Assembly: GCA_964291285.2 (NCBI GenBank)
Contig: OZ219785.1
Coordinates: 384,001-448,000 of the forward strand
Source of the DNA: Alphaproteobacteria bacterium
GTDB taxonomy: Bacteria; Pseudomonadota; Alphaproteobacteria; Bin95
Reading direction: 5' to 3'
DNA: 64,000 bases
Position numbers and translations under genes: made by a program
The notes under the pieces: generated by a model
What the model was told of the DNA's origin: nothing
The model's input: only the letters and a program-made list of their open reading frames with translations
Database searches by the model: none
Shown: in pieces, positions 62,250 through 64,000 of the stretch
How the letters are laid out: each line of letters opens with the position of its first letter
Numbering within the stretch: the first letter of the stretch is position 1

Positions 62250-63050
62250 ATGGTTTCCGAAGCTTCATCCCGATACGACGCAAGGTCATTCCCGCCGTTC
62301 GCTGTCACGGCGGACATCGCGTTGTTCACCGTCAGGGACGACGCGCTCCAGGTGCTGCTGATCGAGCGGGGCGGAGAGCCCTATTCCGGGGCCTGGGCCT
62401 TGCCCGGCGGCTTCGTGCGCCCGGACGAGGATCTGGAGGAAGCCGCCGCCCGGGAACTTGCGGAGGAGACCGGACTCATCGAAGGAGCCTGGCGCCTGGA
62501 GCAGCTGGCCGCCTACGGCGCCCCGGACCGGGACCCGCGCATGCGGGTCGTTACCGTCGCCTATTGGGCGGTTTGCGCCCGCCTGCCGGCCCCGCGCGGT
62601 GGCGGGGACGCTGCTGCGGCCCGTCTTGTGCCTGTGGAGCGCATCGAGAGCGGTGCCATCCGCCTCGCCTTCGACCATGAGCGGATTGTCAGGGATGCCC
62701 TGGGGCGGATTCGTTCCGGGCTGGAGCACACGGCGCTTGCCGCAGGGTTCTGTCCGCCGGAGTTTACGATCCGGCAACTCAGACGGGTTTATGAGGTCGT
62801 CTGGAACGCTTCGCTCGATCCCGGCAATTTCCAGCGCCATGTGCGCGAGAGCGGGGCCTTCGAGCAACGAGCCCCGCAGCCCCCGCCGAAGGCCGGGCAA
62901 GGCGCGCGGCCGGAGCGCGGCCGGCCCGCATCGCTGTGGGCGGCGAGACGGACGCAAACCGGGCGCCCGGCGATGGCGGCCCGAACGCTCGCGAGGCCGG
63001 GACATTCGTCGCAGGCCGGCGCTTCGCTTTCAGCCGGAACCCAACGATAA
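62250..63050 (+). CDS. nrtR: NrtR-family Nudix-wHTH regulator
   Basis: WALPGGFV...AARELAEETG Nudix box, RDPRMRVVTVAY, LAFDH, FTIRQL, NFQR and GRPA motifs; GGAGA RBS. Confidence 0.88.
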   Translation: MVSEASSRYDARSFPPFAVTADIALFTVRDDALQVLLIERGGEPYSGAWALPGGFVRPDEDLEEAAARELAEETGLIEGAWRLEQLAAYGAPDRDPRMRVVTVAYWAVCARLPAPRGGGDAAAARLVPVERIESGAIRLAFDHERIVRDALGRIRSGLEHTALAAGFCPPEFTIRQLRRVYEVVWNASLDPGNFQRHVRESGAFEQRAPQPPPKAGQGARPERGRPASLWAARRTQTGRPAMAARTLARPGHSSQAGASLSAGTQR

Positions 63051-63206
63051 GCGGTCCTGCCCCTTACCGGAAGCGACCCCGACAGAAGCGGCGCCGCTGC
63101 GGAGGCCGGCGCCGATGAGTGAGCGCTCTGGCTGGCCGAAAACGCCGGCGCTTCCGAAACAACCCGATCGAGCAGCATCGGCACGCCGCAGGGACAATAC
63201 TGCCGC

Positions 63207-63656
63207 TCAGCCCAACAGCGGCGTCCCGTTCTCCATCCATTTGCGGAACTGCCGTTCGATCTCCGGGGCGTGGTCGGCGCCGAACGTCTCCGCCAGCAGC
63301 GGCCCGAGTTCGTCCTCCCGGCCCTGCCGGACCATGTCGCGCAGCACCGTCATGAGCAGCAGCTCCACCGATTGCCGGAGCCGTTCGATGGAACTCCCGC
63401 CCGGGCCCGCCGCCGCCAGGGTGCTGTCCGCCATGCGCGCGACCCGGTCGAACAGAAGCCGCTGCTCCGCCCCGGACAGGACGAGCGAAGGACCGGACAA
63501 CGCCTCCGGGTCGAGCTCGACGCTCAGCCCGGCGGAAATCATGTGCCCGTTGATCGAAATGCCCCGCCGGTCCGCGATCTCCCGGCTTCGCTCCCAGTCC
63601 AGGTCGGAGCACGAGATGGTCAGCCGCACCCGCGCGCCGGAACCGCGCGCCGTCAT
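63207..63656 (-). CDS. RHH-like protein, paralog of the upstream gene
   Basis: RLTISCSDLDWERSREIADRRGISIN; shares LVLS..EQR.L..RVARM with 63653-63982; ATGA coupled. Confidence 0.6.
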   Translation of the reverse strand: MTARGSGARVRLTISCSDLDWERSREIADRRGISINGHMISAGLSVELDPEALSGPSLVLSGAEQRLLFDRVARMADSTLAAAGPGGSSIERLRQSVELLLMTVLRDMVRQGREDELGPLLAETFGADHAPEIERQFRKWMENGTPLLG

Positions 63657-63982
63657 CGATCCGCCCATCCCGAAGGGCGCTCCCGAAGCGCGCGCTGGAT
63701 GAACGCGATCGCGCCGAACAGCGACAGGTCCGTGCCGGGAAGCGCCTCGTGCAAGGCACGATGGACGGCGTCCATCCGCGCCACCCGCTCATGCAATGTC
63801 CGCTGTTCCTCCTCCGAGAGCACGAGCCGGGGCTCCTCGCGGGGCGCCCCGCCCGCATCCTCGTGCAGCGCGCAGGCTATCAGGAAGCGCGAGACCGGCA
63901 TGCCCGCCGCCTCGGCCCTCTCCCTGATCGCCGCCTTTTCGACCACCGTGCAGCGCAGGGTGCGGCGAACCACCTTTGCCAT
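63653..63982 (-). CDS. MobC/NikA-like ribbon-helix-helix protein
   Basis: RTLRCTVVEKAAIRERAEAAGMPVSRFL pattern. Confidence 0.65.
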   Translation of the reverse strand: MAKVVRRTLRCTVVEKAAIRERAEAAGMPVSRFLIACALHEDAGGAPREEPRLVLSEEEQRTLHERVARMDAVHRALHEALPGTDLSLFGAIAFIQRALRERPSGWADR

Positions 63983-64000
63983 GACCGCCTCAGGGCTGCG

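Larger units (their letters stand above)
20513..64000. mobile_element. Composite genomic island (integrative/mobilisable, nested IS); right end outside the window
   Basis: No core genes after rho; integrases, MobF relaxases, six or more IS or IS relics, RM and adhesin cargo, lower-GC blocks. Confidence 0.8.

Overview
GC-rich alphaproteobacterial DNA; a Rhodospirillales-like host is an inference, and the FN3/Calx-beta autotransporter and RTX proteins suggest a host-associated, possibly sponge, symbiont. Bases 1 to about 20.5 kb are mostly core chromosome: tandem Ldh-family oxidoreductases, LysR, dnaK-dnaJ with an RpoH-type promoter, udg, NYN, folK and rho. One ~1.5 kb cassette carrying an orphan terminase-small-subunit-like gene is bracketed by a duplicated LysR 3' end. 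From about 20.5 kb to the window end is a nested mobile island that begins where an AbiEii-like toxin gene is cut after 16 codons. The island holds (i) a BfiI/BmrI-like PLD nuclease plus fused double N4-C methyltransferase system, both genes IS5-interrupted and the nuclease also carrying an in-frame 132-bp MITE; (ii) tandem tyrosine integrases; (iii) two RTX proteins and a giant autotransporter, with poly-C tracts placed like phase-variation switches; (iv) a tight, apparently uncharacterised four-gene operon (PAPS-reductase-like Fe-S enzyme, GHKL ATPase, two unknowns), the best candidate for a new DNA-modification or defence system; (v) MobF relaxase genes; and (vi) an NrtR-regulated ARPP-1/ADP-ribosylglycohydrolase module split by an IS21 element that carries a TOPRIM passenger. 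All family calls come from motif reading by eye; no database searches were run.
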